Virus record (IMG/VR): IMGVR_UViG_2698536620_000007
Direction: 5' to 3' (one strand)
DNA from: a virus
Taxonomy: Duplodnaviria > Heunggongvirae > Uroviricota > Caudoviricetes
Length of the DNA: 43,864 nt
Positions within the stretch are counted from its first letter, which is position 1. The number at the start of each line of letters is the position of its first letter. A model generated the notes under the pieces. It made no database searches, was not told the origin of the DNA, and saw nothing but the letters and a program-made list of their open reading frames with translations. Shown piece by piece: positions 18,224 to 28,513 of the stretch. The position numbers and the translations under genes were made by a program.

Positions 18224-18697
18224 ATGTCATCCATTGATGCAGCTGTCGTTGTTGACGTTACGCGTCTCCAGCGAGTGTTTGCCCGGCTTCAGTTTGTGGG
18301 CGGCGGAAAAGACCTGGCCCGCAGTGTGGCGGCGAGTCTTCTGTCATCGTCAGAAATGGCGTTTGAGCAGGAAAAAGAGCCGGATGGTGAACGCTGGCAT
18401 GACTGGTCAGATCCTTACCGTGAGTGGCGTACCCGTAAGGGATACACGCCCGGCAAAATCCTGACGCTGAACGGCGATCTGGCCCGCCGCCTGACCACGG
18501 ATTATGGCGATACCTGGGCGCTGATTGGATCAAATGAACCTTATGCAGCCATTCATCAGTGGGGTGGCCTGCCTGGTATGCCACCGGGACCGGCGGCCAT
18601 TGGCGCACGTCCGTATATGGGCTTTGATCAGGTGGCAGAACAGGAGATCATGGACGAAATCAGAAAACGCTTTAAAAAGGCCACAGAAACGCCGTAA
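18224..18697 (+). CDS. Virion morphogenesis protein (Mu G-like)
   Basis: 157 aa at the Mu G position. Confidence 0.65.
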   Translation: MSSIDAAVVVDVTRLQRVFARLQFVGGGKDLARSVAASLLSSSEMAFEQEKEPDGERWHDWSDPYREWRTRKGYTPGKILTLNGDLARRLTTDYGDTWALIGSNEPYAAIHQWGGLPGMPPGPAAIGARPYMGFDQVAEQEIMDEIRKRFKKATETP

Positions 18698-18874
18698 TGG
18701 TTTAAGGTATGCAAACGTATTACCTTACCCCCTTCAGGCGCGTGTCGTGATTTTCTAACCTGTATTTAACGGGCTTTAAAATCTGCGTGAAGCGCCTTTC
18801 TCATTCCCCCCCTGTCAGCACTTTCTGAAGTCCCGCAAAACCAGCCCCAAAAATACCCGGCTTATGCTGCCGGT

Positions 18875-20008
18875 ATGAAGACAGAAAATCACCCAAAAGA
18901 CGCAAATCGCCCCTCCGGTTTAGCCGTGCTTTCAGCTTCGCTGACTGCATCCGGCGACGGATGGTGTCAGTTACTGCCAGCCGGTCGGGTAAAGGCCCGT
19001 GACGGTCGCCCGGAAAAACCGACTGAAGGCTGGCTGATTAACGAATCCGCCTGTAACCGGATGAAAGCCGGGCTTTCCGCCCTGCATCAGCCGTTACTGA
19101 TTGATTATGACCATCACTCCGTGAATGCGCAGAAAAACGGATTCAAGGCTATTGCTGCAGGATGGGTTAAGCCGGAAAACATCGAATGGCGTGAGGGTCA
19201 GGGGATTTTCATTAAACCTGAATGGACACCACAGGCACAAAAACATATTGATGACCGTGAATATGCCTATCTGTCTGCATATATGCATTATTTCGCTGAC
19301 ACCGGGGAACCCTACCTGTTGCGCATGGCTTCCCTGACGAATGATCCGGGTATTACGGGTATGAACCCTGTCGCGGCACTCAGTGCTGATGATCTCTATG
19401 TCGTTTCCCCTTCTCAGGAGCAATCCCCCATGAATGAGCAATTACGCCAGTTGCTGACGGCGCTCGGTCTGACCGTGGCTGACGGTGACGAATTTACACC
19501 GGAACTGGGCACGGCGGCGCTGTCTGCCCTTACCGGGATCAAAACCCGTGCGGATGCGCACGACACCCTGAAAACGCAGGTTGCCAGCCTGTCGGCAGAA
19601 CTGGAAACCGCAAAAGGCACACCAACTGGCGGCACTATTGATCTGACGAAATATGTGCCCGTTGAGACGTATAACGCCCTGCGTACCGAATATGCCGCGC
19701 TGTCGGCACAACACGGCAGCACCACGCTGGAGCAGTTGCTGGATAAGGCCGAGTCCGAAGGACGCATTTTCAAAAGCGAACGCGGATACATGGAAGGACT
19801 CGGACAACAGATTGGCGTCGCGGCACTTTCTGCACAGCTTGACGCCCGCCAGCCGGTTGCGGCTCTGACCACTCTTCAGACCGACACCGTAACCGTGCCG
19901 GATAAAAAGACCGCCACCGCTGTGCTGTCGGCTGAAGATATCGCCGCCGCACGTCTGTTGGGTAAAACCGAAGCCGAGTTCCTGAAAATGAAAGAGGAAA
20001 TGCAATAA
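18875..20008 (+). CDS. Head protease/scaffold (Mu I-like)
   Basis: 377 aa directly upstream of the major capsid gene, with an Ala/Leu-rich helical C-terminus. Confidence 0.7.
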   Translation: MKTENHPKDANRPSGLAVLSASLTASGDGWCQLLPAGRVKARDGRPEKPTEGWLINESACNRMKAGLSALHQPLLIDYDHHSVNAQKNGFKAIAAGWVKPENIEWREGQGIFIKPEWTPQAQKHIDDREYAYLSAYMHYFADTGEPYLLRMASLTNDPGITGMNPVAALSADDLYVVSPSQEQSPMNEQLRQLLTALGLTVADGDEFTPELGTAALSALTGIKTRADAHDTLKTQVASLSAELETAKGTPTGGTIDLTKYVPVETYNALRTEYAALSAQHGSTTLEQLLDKAESEGRIFKSERGYMEGLGQQIGVAALSAQLDARQPVAALTTLQTDTVTVPDKKTATAVLSAEDIAAARLLGKTEAEFLKMKEEMQ

Positions 20009-20955
20009 TGCCTACCCCGATTACACCGGCGATGATCACCGCCCTGATGACGGGCTACCGTTCTGATTTTCAGGCCGGGATGTCCATGGCTCCGTCGCAG
20101 TACCAGAAAATTGCGATGACCGTGCCGTCCACCTCGAAATCCAACACCTACGGCTGGCTGGGGCAGTTCCCGCAGTTCCGTGAGTGGATCGGCTCCCGCG
20201 TCATCGAGAAGATGAAAGCCTATGGCTACGCCATCGTGAACAAAACCTTTGAAGGCACCGTTGCCATTAGCCGCGATGACTTTGAAGACGACAATCTCGG
20301 CATCTACTCCCCGTTATTCCAGGAAATGGGTCGTGCCGCTGCGGCACAACCGGATGAACTGGTCTTTGCTGCACTGCGTGATGGTCTGAATGCGGCCTGC
20401 TATGACGGCCAGAACTTCTTTGATACCGAACACCCTGTTTACCCCAAAGTGGATGGCTCCGGTGATGCACAGATGGTCAGCAATATGTTTGTGGCAAAAA
20501 CCGGCTCTGTCGGTGCACAGGCGGATTACAGCGGCCCGGCCTGGTATCTGCTTGACTGCTCCCGCGCGGTAAAACCGCTGATTTATCAGGATCGCCGCAA
20601 AGCCGAACTGGTTGCCCAGACAAAAGTCGATGAAGGCCGTGCGTTTACTGATAACGAGTTTGTGTTCGGTGCTTCCGCCCGTCGCAATGTGGGCTACGGC
20701 TTCTGGCAGATGGCCTACATGATGCAGTCACCGCTGACGCTGGATGCGCTGTGGCACGGCTGGTCAGCCATGCGTGACTTTAAGGCTGACGGTGGCCGCA
20801 AACTCGGCATCAAACCCACCCATATTGTTGTCCCCACCTCGCTGGAAAAACAGGCGGTGCAGCTGCTGGAGCGCGAGCTGTTCGCAGACGGTAACGCCAC
20901 AGTCTCTAACGAGATGAAGGGCAAGCTGGAGCTGGTTGTCGCGGATTATCTGTAA
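20008..20955 (+). CDS. Major capsid protein (Mu T-like)
   Basis: 315 aa, ATG overlapping the upstream stop (TAATG); size and position as Mu T. Confidence 0.8.
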   Translation: MPTPITPAMITALMTGYRSDFQAGMSMAPSQYQKIAMTVPSTSKSNTYGWLGQFPQFREWIGSRVIEKMKAYGYAIVNKTFEGTVAISRDDFEDDNLGIYSPLFQEMGRAAAAQPDELVFAALRDGLNAACYDGQNFFDTEHPVYPKVDGSGDAQMVSNMFVAKTGSVGAQADYSGPAWYLLDCSRAVKPLIYQDRRKAELVAQTKVDEGRAFTDNEFVFGASARRNVGYGFWQMAYMMQSPLTLDALWHGWSAMRDFKADGGRKLGIKPTHIVVPTSLEKQAVQLLERELFADGNATVSNEMKGKLELVVADYL

Positions 20956-20998
20956 ACGGTGAGCCGGGCTTACGGCCCGGCCCCTGCGGAGGGCAAAT

Positions 20999-21358
20999 AT
21001 GAATGAACATCACACTGTGGCAGCAACAGATGATTCAGGCCTTCAGGTCAGTGGTGACAGTCCTGTCACGGTACTGGCAGAAGTGCGTTGCAGTCGTACG
21101 CATTTTCGTCGTGCGGGGTTCCTGTTCATGCGGGGACGCCAGCAGGTTGACGTCACCCCGGAGCAGCTTGCCCGACTGGAAGCGGAGCCATGCCTCACTG
21201 TACGAATACTACAGACGCCTGGTGATGATGCGGGAGCCGTGGCGGGTGTGGTTCATGCAGAGACCGGTGCAGATTTAGCCGAAGCCGAAACCGTACAGGA
21301 TGCTCCCCGGAAAAAGACCGGCAATAACGCCAGACAGGCGAAAAAGGCGCGCGCATGA
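20999..21358 (+). CDS. Hypothetical head-associated protein
   Basis: 119-aa ORF ending with an ATGA overlap onto the next gene. Confidence 0.45.
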   Translation: MNEHHTVAATDDSGLQVSGDSPVTVLAEVRCSRTHFRRAGFLFMRGRQQVDVTPEQLARLEAEPCLTVRILQTPGDDAGAVAGVVHAETGADLAEAETVQDAPRKKTGNNARQAKKARA

Positions 21359-21774
21359 ATTACGCCACCGAAACCGATATGCGGGCACGTTACCGCGAGG
21401 ATTTGCTCAGGCCATTACTGGCCGTGCCCCGTTCGGATGAACCGGACACGCGCAAGCTGAACCGGGCACTGACGGACGCGTCTGCCCTTATCGACAGCTA
21501 TCTGTCTTCCCGTTACACGCTGCCGCTGGCGGTGGTTCCGGCGGTCCTTGTTCAGCATTGCTGCACGATTGCCTTTTATTACCTGTGCGATCAGCGGGCA
21601 TCCGATCAGGCGCGTGACCGTTACCGTGAGGCGCTGGCCTGGCTGAAAGATGTCATGAACGGTAACGTGCCGGTCGGCGTGGATACAGACGGTGCGGCCC
21701 CTGAATCCGGGGATTTACCGCAGGTGCAGTCTGATGCGGCGGTGTTCGGGCGCAACCAGAAGGGCTTTATATGA
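21355..21774 (+). CDS. Mu gp36-like head-tail protein
   Basis: 139 aa, Mu-like position. Confidence 0.6.
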   Translation: MNYATETDMRARYREDLLRPLLAVPRSDEPDTRKLNRALTDASALIDSYLSSRYTLPLAVVPAVLVQHCCTIAFYYLCDQRASDQARDRYREALAWLKDVMNGNVPVGVDTDGAAPESGDLPQVQSDAAVFGRNQKGFI

Positions 21775-22334
21775 TTACGGAAACCGAGCAGGCGTACATC
21801 GCCCGTATCCGTGAGTATTTCGGGAATGAACTGGTGTCTGTTGACACACATCCCGGCGACTGGAGCGACAGCGTACTGCGCACCATGCTGATTAACGCCC
21901 CGGCTATCTATGTTGCCTGGCTGGGTGCCGGTGAAGGGCGTACCCGTGGGCGTCTGGTCAGTCACTGGGTGTTCTACGTCATCGGCGACATGCTCAATGG
22001 CCGTGAGGTCAGCCGTCCCGGGCTTTATCAGATTGTGGCCCGCCTGATTACCGTGCTGGACGGCTTCAGAGCAGAAAAAACCTCACCGCTTTACTTTGAA
22101 AAGGCGGTCAACGGTTACACCGAAACGCAGGCAGGCAGCGGTGCCGTGATGTACGCCCTGTATTTCTCATGCGAGGAAATGATCGACCCGCTGACGGATA
22201 TCAGCTCGCTGGATGATTTCCTGCGCCATTACGAAACCTTTACCGAACCGGAAGGCACGCCGGAATTTAAGGCACACATCCGTCTGCCTGGTGCAACTGC
22301 CGCCGGTGAAAACGCCGGACTGTCAGAGGAATAA
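21771..22334 (+). CDS. Mu gp37-like head-tail protein
   Basis: 187 aa, Mu-like position. Confidence 0.6.
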   Translation: MITETEQAYIARIREYFGNELVSVDTHPGDWSDSVLRTMLINAPAIYVAWLGAGEGRTRGRLVSHWVFYVIGDMLNGREVSRPGLYQIVARLITVLDGFRAEKTSPLYFEKAVNGYTETQAGSGAVMYALYFSCEEMIDPLTDISSLDDFLRHYETFTEPEGTPEFKAHIRLPGATAAGENAGLSEE

Positions 22335-22337
22335 CAG

Positions 22338-22616
22338 ATGACAACCATTTTTATTAAACCTGCGCCGGGATGCCTGATCCGCGATCCCGACACGATGACT
22401 CCGCTCTCTCAGGACGGGGAAGAGAAACCCTTCACTCCGTTCTGGTGCCGCCGTCTTAATGATGGCGACGTCATTGTGGTGGATAAAACGGCGGAGCCTG
22501 CCCCGGCTGCCACAACTGCTAATACCGGCGCGGCGGCAAAACCAGCGGGAGCGGTAGCAGAAAAAACTGCGGCGGTGGCTGAAAAAACCGCAGCATCAGA
22601 TAAGGGGACGTCCTGA
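22338..22616 (+). CDS. Mu gp38-like protein
   Basis: 92 aa with an internal AVAEKTAAVAEKTAA repeat, before the sheath gene. Confidence 0.5.
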   Translation: MTTIFIKPAPGCLIRDPDTMTPLSQDGEEKPFTPFWCRRLNDGDVIVVDKTAEPAPAATTANTGAAAKPAGAVAEKTAAVAEKTAASDKGTS

Positions 22617-24118
22617 TGATTAACTTTGATTATATCGGCGATAACAATCGCATTCCGCTGGTACAGATTGAAATCAATAATTCAATGGCCGTGACCGGCA
22701 CTCCACCACAGCGTCAGGCGGTACTGTTGTTTGGTCAGGCTGCAATGAAAGACACTACCATTCAGGGGCGCGGTCAGCTTGATGTACCAGTACGTATTAC
22801 CCGAGCTTCACAAGCAAGAGAACTCTGGGGGCGAGGTTCCATGATTGCACTGATGGTAGAGGAATTTATCGCCATTAACCCTGACACAGAGTTATATGCC
22901 ATTGCACAGGGGGCTGGAACAGGTCAGTCCAGGGCATGCGTGATGAATATCATTGGAACAGCATTGGCAGACGGGGTGTTAAGTGTTTACATCGGCGGTC
23001 GCCGTTACCTCCTGCCCGTCAGTAAGGGGAAAAAAGGTAAAGAGCTTGTGGAAGAGCTGGCTAAGGTCATTAACGCTGACACTGATGCGCCATTCACTGC
23101 TATCGCAGCTGAAGTCAGTGGTGATAATGCTGAAGGACTTAAAGGCAGCATGGGGGTTAACGCCCGCTTTATCGGTGAATGCTCAGCTCATGATTTACGG
23201 GTGAACTATTATGACGGTGAAACTACACCGGCCGGTCTTACGCTGGAGCTCGTCGCGCCAACACAGAAGGCAACAAACCCCGATATCACCCGTAGCGTCT
23301 CAGGGATGGGGAATCGTCAGTACAACTACATCGTCATGCCCTATAAGGATGCGGCAAATCTCAAAATTCTGGCGGATGAACTGCTGAAACGCTGGGGACC
23401 GGTAAAAATGTCGGACGGTATGGTCTGGATGGCGCATACCGGCACCTTCGGTACGGCAACCAGTTTTGGTGAATCCCGTAATGACTTCCTGTTTACCTGC
23501 ACTTCTATTCCTAAAGCACCAGAGCCGGATTATGTCTGGGCTGCCTCCATTTGTGCGGTCTGTGCGCCCTCCCTGTCAACGGATCCGGCCCGACCATTAC
23601 AGACACTGGCGCTGCCTGCCCGTATGGCACCTGAAGCACCGGATCGTCTGACGCGGGAAGAGCGAAACAGCCTGCTTTATACCGGCATGTCCACGGTGAC
23701 CGTCGCGGCCGCGGATGTGGTGCAGATTGAACGTCAGGTGACGATGTACCGTCAGAATGCATACGGCGAAATCGATCCCAGCTATCTGGATGTGGAAACC
23801 ATCTACACCCTGTCATATCTGCGTTATTCCCTGCGCACCTTTATCACGCAGCGTTTTCCGCGCCATAAACTGGCTGATGACGGGACGCCCGTTCGTGCCG
23901 GTCAGAATATCGTGACACCGGAGATCATGAAACTTCAGTTAATTTCGCTGGGGGAAGAATGGGTGGATCTGGGACTGGTCGAAAATCTGGACACCTTTAA
24001 AAAGAATCTGCTCGTGGAGCGCAACACAAAAGACCGTAACCGTCTGGATGTGATGTGTACACCGGATCTGGTTAACCAGTTCCGCTTCATGGCCGCGCAG
24101 ATCCGTTTCATTTTGTGA
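22616..24118 (+). CDS. Contractile tail sheath protein (Mu L-like)
   Basis: 500 aa, followed by the tube gene. Confidence 0.85.
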   Translation: MINFDYIGDNNRIPLVQIEINNSMAVTGTPPQRQAVLLFGQAAMKDTTIQGRGQLDVPVRITRASQARELWGRGSMIALMVEEFIAINPDTELYAIAQGAGTGQSRACVMNIIGTALADGVLSVYIGGRRYLLPVSKGKKGKELVEELAKVINADTDAPFTAIAAEVSGDNAEGLKGSMGVNARFIGECSAHDLRVNYYDGETTPAGLTLELVAPTQKATNPDITRSVSGMGNRQYNYIVMPYKDAANLKILADELLKRWGPVKMSDGMVWMAHTGTFGTATSFGESRNDFLFTCTSIPKAPEPDYVWAASICAVCAPSLSTDPARPLQTLALPARMAPEAPDRLTREERNSLLYTGMSTVTVAAADVVQIERQVTMYRQNAYGEIDPSYLDVETIYTLSYLRYSLRTFITQRFPRHKLADDGTPVRAGQNIVTPEIMKLQLISLGEEWVDLGLVENLDTFKKNLLVERNTKDRNRLDVMCTPDLVNQFRFMAAQIRFIL

Positions 24119-24126
24119 GGTAAGGC

Positions 24127-24492
24127 ATGAGCGGAAAACAGTATCAGGGCACGGCCACCATCCGTGTGAACGGGCAGGAGTACGACACCCTTGAGGGGGC
24201 CACGTTCTCCCCGTCCGGCTTTGAGCGTGAAGTGGTGAAAGGCGCGAAAGTTTACGGCTATCGCGAGAAACCCCGTGAGGCGACGCTGGACTGTAAATTC
24301 CCGGCGGGCGGAGAAGGTTCACCGGCTGCCGATGAAATCAACACCTGGACTGCGGTCACGATTGAGTTCGTGGCCGATACCGGTGAAGTCCACATGATGA
24401 CGAAGGCCTGGAGCAGTGAACCGGCCTCGCTTGACGGTGGTGGTGATATCTCCGCGAAGTTCGCCAGCGCCACCAGTACCCGTGTCCAGTAA
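24127..24492 (+). CDS. Tail tube protein (Mu M-like)
   Basis: 121 aa after the sheath. Confidence 0.8.
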   Translation: MSGKQYQGTATIRVNGQEYDTLEGATFSPSGFEREVVKGAKVYGYREKPREATLDCKFPAGGEGSPAADEINTWTAVTIEFVADTGEVHMMTKAWSSEPASLDGGGDISAKFASATSTRVQ

Positions 24493-24506
24493 TCAGGAAA
24501 AATGTA

Positions 24507-24983
24507 ATGAGCACACGTAAGAAAAAAACGGCGGTTTCTGACGAGGCCGTGATGGAGGCTATCCGGGATGCACTTGAAGACGGCGATCCCCGCACCGCCG
24601 GGCTGGCTGAACAACTGGCGAACGGCTATGTGGATCTGCTCGACGGTCTGCCGTTCGGGGAATCCCGTGAATACCGCGTCACCTTCCGCGAACTGACGGC
24701 AAAAGACAGCATTGATGCGGAGAGCGAGGCCGAGCGTCTTATGGAAACCCGAAACGGTCCGGTTCTTGTGGCCTCACCGGCACTGCGCGGCATTGCGCTG
24801 CTGCGCCGTCAGATTGCCGCTGTCGGCCAGATTGAGGGGCCATTGTCTCCGCGTCAGATAGGACAGCTCAGCGAGCGCGATCTCTCCCGACTGATGGCGG
24901 CAGTAAGCCTGCTTGATTCCGCGATGGCCGGAAAGCTGGTCGCTGAACGGGGGCGACCAGATGCAGTGCCGGGATCAGATTGA
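24507..24983 (+). CDS. Tail assembly chaperone (Mu gp41-like)
   Basis: 158 aa between the tube and tape-measure genes; an overlapping +1-frame ORF (24907-25107) runs downstream. Confidence 0.55.
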   Translation: MSTRKKKTAVSDEAVMEAIRDALEDGDPRTAGLAEQLANGYVDLLDGLPFGESREYRVTFRELTAKDSIDAESEAERLMETRNGPVLVASPALRGIALLRRQIAAVGQIEGPLSPRQIGQLSERDLSRLMAAVSLLDSAMAGKLVAERGRPDAVPGSD

Positions 24984-25110
24984 AGAAGCCGCAATTGTGC
25001 TGGGGATGGTGACAAAAAGCGGCCCGGAGTGGGCGCTTAACCTCCCCTTATCGCAGCTTTACCGGCACTGCCGACAGACCGAAAAAATTCTCAGAACGAA
25101 GCAGTAACCC

Positions 25111-27168
25111 ATGGCAAAAAACCTGAAAGCCTCCCTGATTGTCGATTTACTCGGCAATATTTCTGCCAAATCCCGCCAGTGGTCACAGGAGCTGGGGGCA
25201 TTCTCCCGTTCCGGCAGGACGGGGCTGGGTGGTCTTGGAAATGCAGCACGTCGTGCCGGTCAGGAGACAGAACTTGTCGGCTCCCGTATGCAGCGAACGC
25301 TTGCCGGTGTTCGTGGCAGTATCCGCACGGTGACGTCAGATTTTGACCGCCTTCAGGGCAGCATTACCGGCACCATCGGGCGGATAAGCAACCTTTACGG
25401 GATGCTGGCGGGAGGGGCTGCGGTCTACGGGTTTAATAAAGCCTTTATCCGCCCGGCCGCAGAGATGGAGAACTATATTCTGCGTCTCAACGCCATTAAT
25501 CATGGCGATACGGCAAAAACGGAAGCAGTGAAAGCCTGGGCGGTACAGAACGCCAAAGACACCACCTGGGGGCTGGCGGGGGTTATGCAGGAATACGCCT
25601 CCAGTCGCGGGTTCGGTATGAGTGACAGGGAAGCCCGTCGCTTTATTACCATGCTTCAGGATCAGGGCGGCTATCACGGCTGGTCACTGTCAGATGCACA
25701 GGGTGCGTCCCTGCAACTCAAACAGATGTTTGCCCGCCAGAGTATCCAGGCAGCGGACGCCAATATTCTGACCGGATACGGGATTAACGTTTACCAGTTG
25801 CTGGCCGATAAGCTGGGTGTAAACCAGAAGATCATCCGTGAGAAAGGCGAGAAAGGAAAACTGGGACCGGACAGCATTCGCCTGTTATTTCAGGTGATGG
25901 CCGAACAGGCAAAAGGTGCCCAGAAAAACGCCATGAATTCCTGGACGGGAATGACGTCCATGATGGGCGATGTCTGGGACGGATTTGCCCGCGAGGTGAT
26001 GGCAAAGGGACCGTTTGACAGCCTGAAAAAGAGCCTGAAAGGCTTTCTGGATTATGCTGATGCGGCACAGAAAAGCGGCTTACAGGATAAGCTGGCCACA
26101 CAGACGGCCTCAGCCCTGAATCAGGGATTTGAGTATGCCAGAGACGCTGCGACCGGCTTTTACCGGGTCATTCAGAAAGTCAGGGAAACGCTTCAGGCAC
26201 TGCGCGACGCCGGTTATGGCGATGCGCTGGATCGCATTGGTCAGGGTGCGCAGACCGCCGCAAAGTACCTGATGTATATGTATCTCGCCTCCCGTGCGCT
26301 GAAGGTGCTCAGGTTTGCGGGGACGGGGGCATTACGTCTCGGCGCAACCCCCTTACGCTATGGCATGGCGATGACCTCCGTGCTGACGTCGCCCTTCCGC
26401 AAACCGCAGACCACTGTACCGGGAACGCAGCCCGGACGCGCTGGCCGGTTCCTGAATTTCCTTACCGGGGTAAATCCGGCTGCCGTTCAGCCCGTGCTGG
26501 TCACCAATTGGCCTGCGGGTGGCCTGGCCTCAGGTGGCGGGGATGTGGTGGTCAGCGGTGACGGCAAAACCGTGCGCGGCCGTAAAAAACGCGGCCCCGG
26601 ACGTGGACGGGGTGTCACGACCGTCGTGACTGCCGGTGAGCAACTGGCGGAGAGTGCCGGTAAACAGGGCTTCTTCGGTCGTATGATGAGCCGTGCCGGT
26701 GGTCTGCTAACGGCGGCCGGAAACCGCATGGGGCTGGGGCGTTTTGCCGGGCTGTTCCGTGGTGCCGGTCGGCTGGGTGGTGGTGCCCTGTGGGCCGGTG
26801 CCATGGCGGCTCCTGTACTGCTGGACAGCAGCGCCAGTGCAGCCGATAAAGCCGGTGCCGTGGGTTCCCTTGCCGGAAGTATCGCCGGTGGCGCGCTGGG
26901 GGCGGCTGCCGGTCCGGTCGGGGTTGCCATTGGTTCCACGGTGGGCAGCTATCTCGGTGATTATCTGGGGGGCTGGCTGACGCAGGCCTGGCAGAAACTG
27001 CGTGGCGGCAGTGACGAAAACGGCGGACAGGCCACCGCGAAAACCGCCGCACGGGTGGAGCTTGTTGCCCCTGAAGGCTGGCGGGCGCGCAGTATTGATG
27101 TGGATGATACCGCACAGCATGGCCTGGATGTGAACGTCTGGAACGGAGGGAACTATGGCCTCTACTGA
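25111..27168 (+). CDS. Tail tape measure protein
   Basis: 685 aa, Gly/Ala-rich C-terminal repeats, position after the chaperone. Confidence 0.8.
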   Translation: MAKNLKASLIVDLLGNISAKSRQWSQELGAFSRSGRTGLGGLGNAARRAGQETELVGSRMQRTLAGVRGSIRTVTSDFDRLQGSITGTIGRISNLYGMLAGGAAVYGFNKAFIRPAAEMENYILRLNAINHGDTAKTEAVKAWAVQNAKDTTWGLAGVMQEYASSRGFGMSDREARRFITMLQDQGGYHGWSLSDAQGASLQLKQMFARQSIQAADANILTGYGINVYQLLADKLGVNQKIIREKGEKGKLGPDSIRLLFQVMAEQAKGAQKNAMNSWTGMTSMMGDVWDGFAREVMAKGPFDSLKKSLKGFLDYADAAQKSGLQDKLATQTASALNQGFEYARDAATGFYRVIQKVRETLQALRDAGYGDALDRIGQGAQTAAKYLMYMYLASRALKVLRFAGTGALRLGATPLRYGMAMTSVLTSPFRKPQTTVPGTQPGRAGRFLNFLTGVNPAAVQPVLVTNWPAGGLASGGGDVVVSGDGKTVRGRKKRGPGRGRGVTTVVTAGEQLAESAGKQGFFGRMMSRAGGLLTAAGNRMGLGRFAGLFRGAGRLGGGALWAGAMAAPVLLDSSASAADKAGAVGSLAGSIAGGALGAAAGPVGVAIGSTVGSYLGDYLGGWLTQAWQKLRGGSDENGGQATAKTAARVELVAPEGWRARSIDVDDTAQHGLDVNVWNGGNYGLY

Positions 27169-28513
27169 CACGCCGGGGCGTGGCTCCTTTCGTGGCGTAC
27201 CGTTCCTGGTTTATCAGGAGCAGCGGGAACGGGGCGGACGTAACATTGTGCGCCGTGAATACCCACTGCGTGAAAGCGGCGGTGCGGATGATCTGGGGCC
27301 AAAACTCCCGGAGTTCACATTCACGGTTCTGGTGACCGGAGACGATCTTCAGACACAGCGAAGCCGCCTGCGTGATGCGCTGCGTGCACCCGGTGCCGGT
27401 GAACTGATGCACCCGGATTACGGCACGTTAAACGTGCTGATAAACAGCTTTGAAAGCCGTTATAACGCCAGCGAGCAGGGAACGGTTGAGTTCACGATCA
27501 ACGTGATCCCCGCCAGTGACGATACCGCCCCTGCGGTGGCAGAAGATACGGCAGCTGCGCTGGAGCAGAAAAGCGGCTCAGCAATGAATCAGCTGTTTAA
27601 CACGCTTTCAGACGGCTGGACGGTGATTTCAGACGGTCTGCATGATGTACAGGCCATGACCGACACCATCAGCGATAAGATTGATGCACTGGAGAATGCC
27701 GTTTCGGGGATGGGGATTGTGCAGGATATCAGTGCCTTTACGGCCAGTTTTACTGCCCTGAAAGGCAATGCCGCCGCCCTGATTAATGCGCCCCGTCGCA
27801 TGGCTGAATCGCTGGCCGGAATGTTTGCCGTGCTGACCGGGCTGCCCGGCGATCCTTCCCTGTCTCTGACCGGAAAAGCCGGAACGCCGTCCGGCAGCCT
27901 GACCACAAACCGTGACAGCATGGCAGAGCAGGCCATGCCGCAGCTGTACCGCACACTTTCCTCCCTGCGTTACACCCTCAGCGAACAGGATGATCCACAG
28001 CGCCTGATTGGCCTGACGCCTGCGGCACAGAAAAATATCCGTCTGCTGCGGAGCGTGATGCAGAGTGCAACCCTGGTGTCGCAGGCACAGACGCTCGGAA
28101 AACTGCTGGATCAGGTCATCCGGCAGAATACGACGCACGTTCAGGATACTGACCGTTCGGGCGGACTGGCCTGGCTGGAAAGTTCTGCTGATGTGCAGCG
28201 TATCAACCGGGATTTGAGCGATGCCATGGAACAACAGGTGCTGGATCTGTCCGCACAGGGCTATACCGGGACTGCCCTTGCATTACGTGATGCAGGGCTT
28301 GCGCTGACAGAAGATTTAACCACACGGAGCGTGCATCTTCCCGGTGCTTTTCAGGTCATGGTTCGCACCACCGAACCGGCACTGGTCACGCTGTACCGTG
28401 CCACCGGCAACAGCAGTCGCTGGCAGTATTTTGTCCGCAGAAACAATATCCCCGATCCGGTTTTTGTTCCGGGTGGCCGCAGCGTGGAGGTGATCAGTGA
28501 GCAGCAGGATTGA
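27155..28513 (+). CDS. DNA circularisation protein (Mu N-like)
   Basis: 452 aa after the tape measure. Confidence 0.7.
   Translation: MASTDTPGRGSFRGVPFLVYQEQRERGGRNIVRREYPLRESGGADDLGPKLPEFTFTVLVTGDDLQTQRSRLRDALRAPGAGELMHPDYGTLNVLINSFESRYNASEQGTVEFTINVIPASDDTAPAVAEDTAAALEQKSGSAMNQLFNTLSDGWTVISDGLHDVQAMTDTISDKIDALENAVSGMGIVQDISAFTASFTALKGNAAALINAPRRMAESLAGMFAVLTGLPGDPSLSLTGKAGTPSGSLTTNRDSMAEQAMPQLYRTLSSLRYTLSEQDDPQRLIGLTPAAQKNIRLLRSVMQSATLVSQAQTLGKLLDQVIRQNTTHVQDTDRSGGLAWLESSADVQRINRDLSDAMEQQVLDLSAQGYTGTALALRDAGLALTEDLTTRSVHLPGAFQVMVRTTEPALVTLYRATGNSSRWQYFVRRNNIPDPVFVPGGRSVEVISEQQD

Noticed and set aside
19442-20005. 187-aa minus-strand ORF within the I-like head gene
   Set aside because: Antisense to a conserved structural gene; no independent support.
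22338-22616. Direct nucleotide repeat encoding AVAEKTAAVAEKTAA
   Set aside because: Short in-frame coding duplication inside a small structural gene; not a regulatory or mobile repeat.
25111-27168. Repetitive Gly/Ala-rich DNA in the tape-measure gene as a possible CRISPR-like or tandem repeat array
   Set aside because: The repeats are imperfect, in frame and coding (GGxxG-type protein repeats); there is no repeat-spacer periodicity.
26615-27412. 265-aa and other long minus-strand ORFs inside the tape-measure gene
   Set aside because: Antisense to a strong coding region; Pro/Arg/His-rich, no RBS, typical spurious ORFs.
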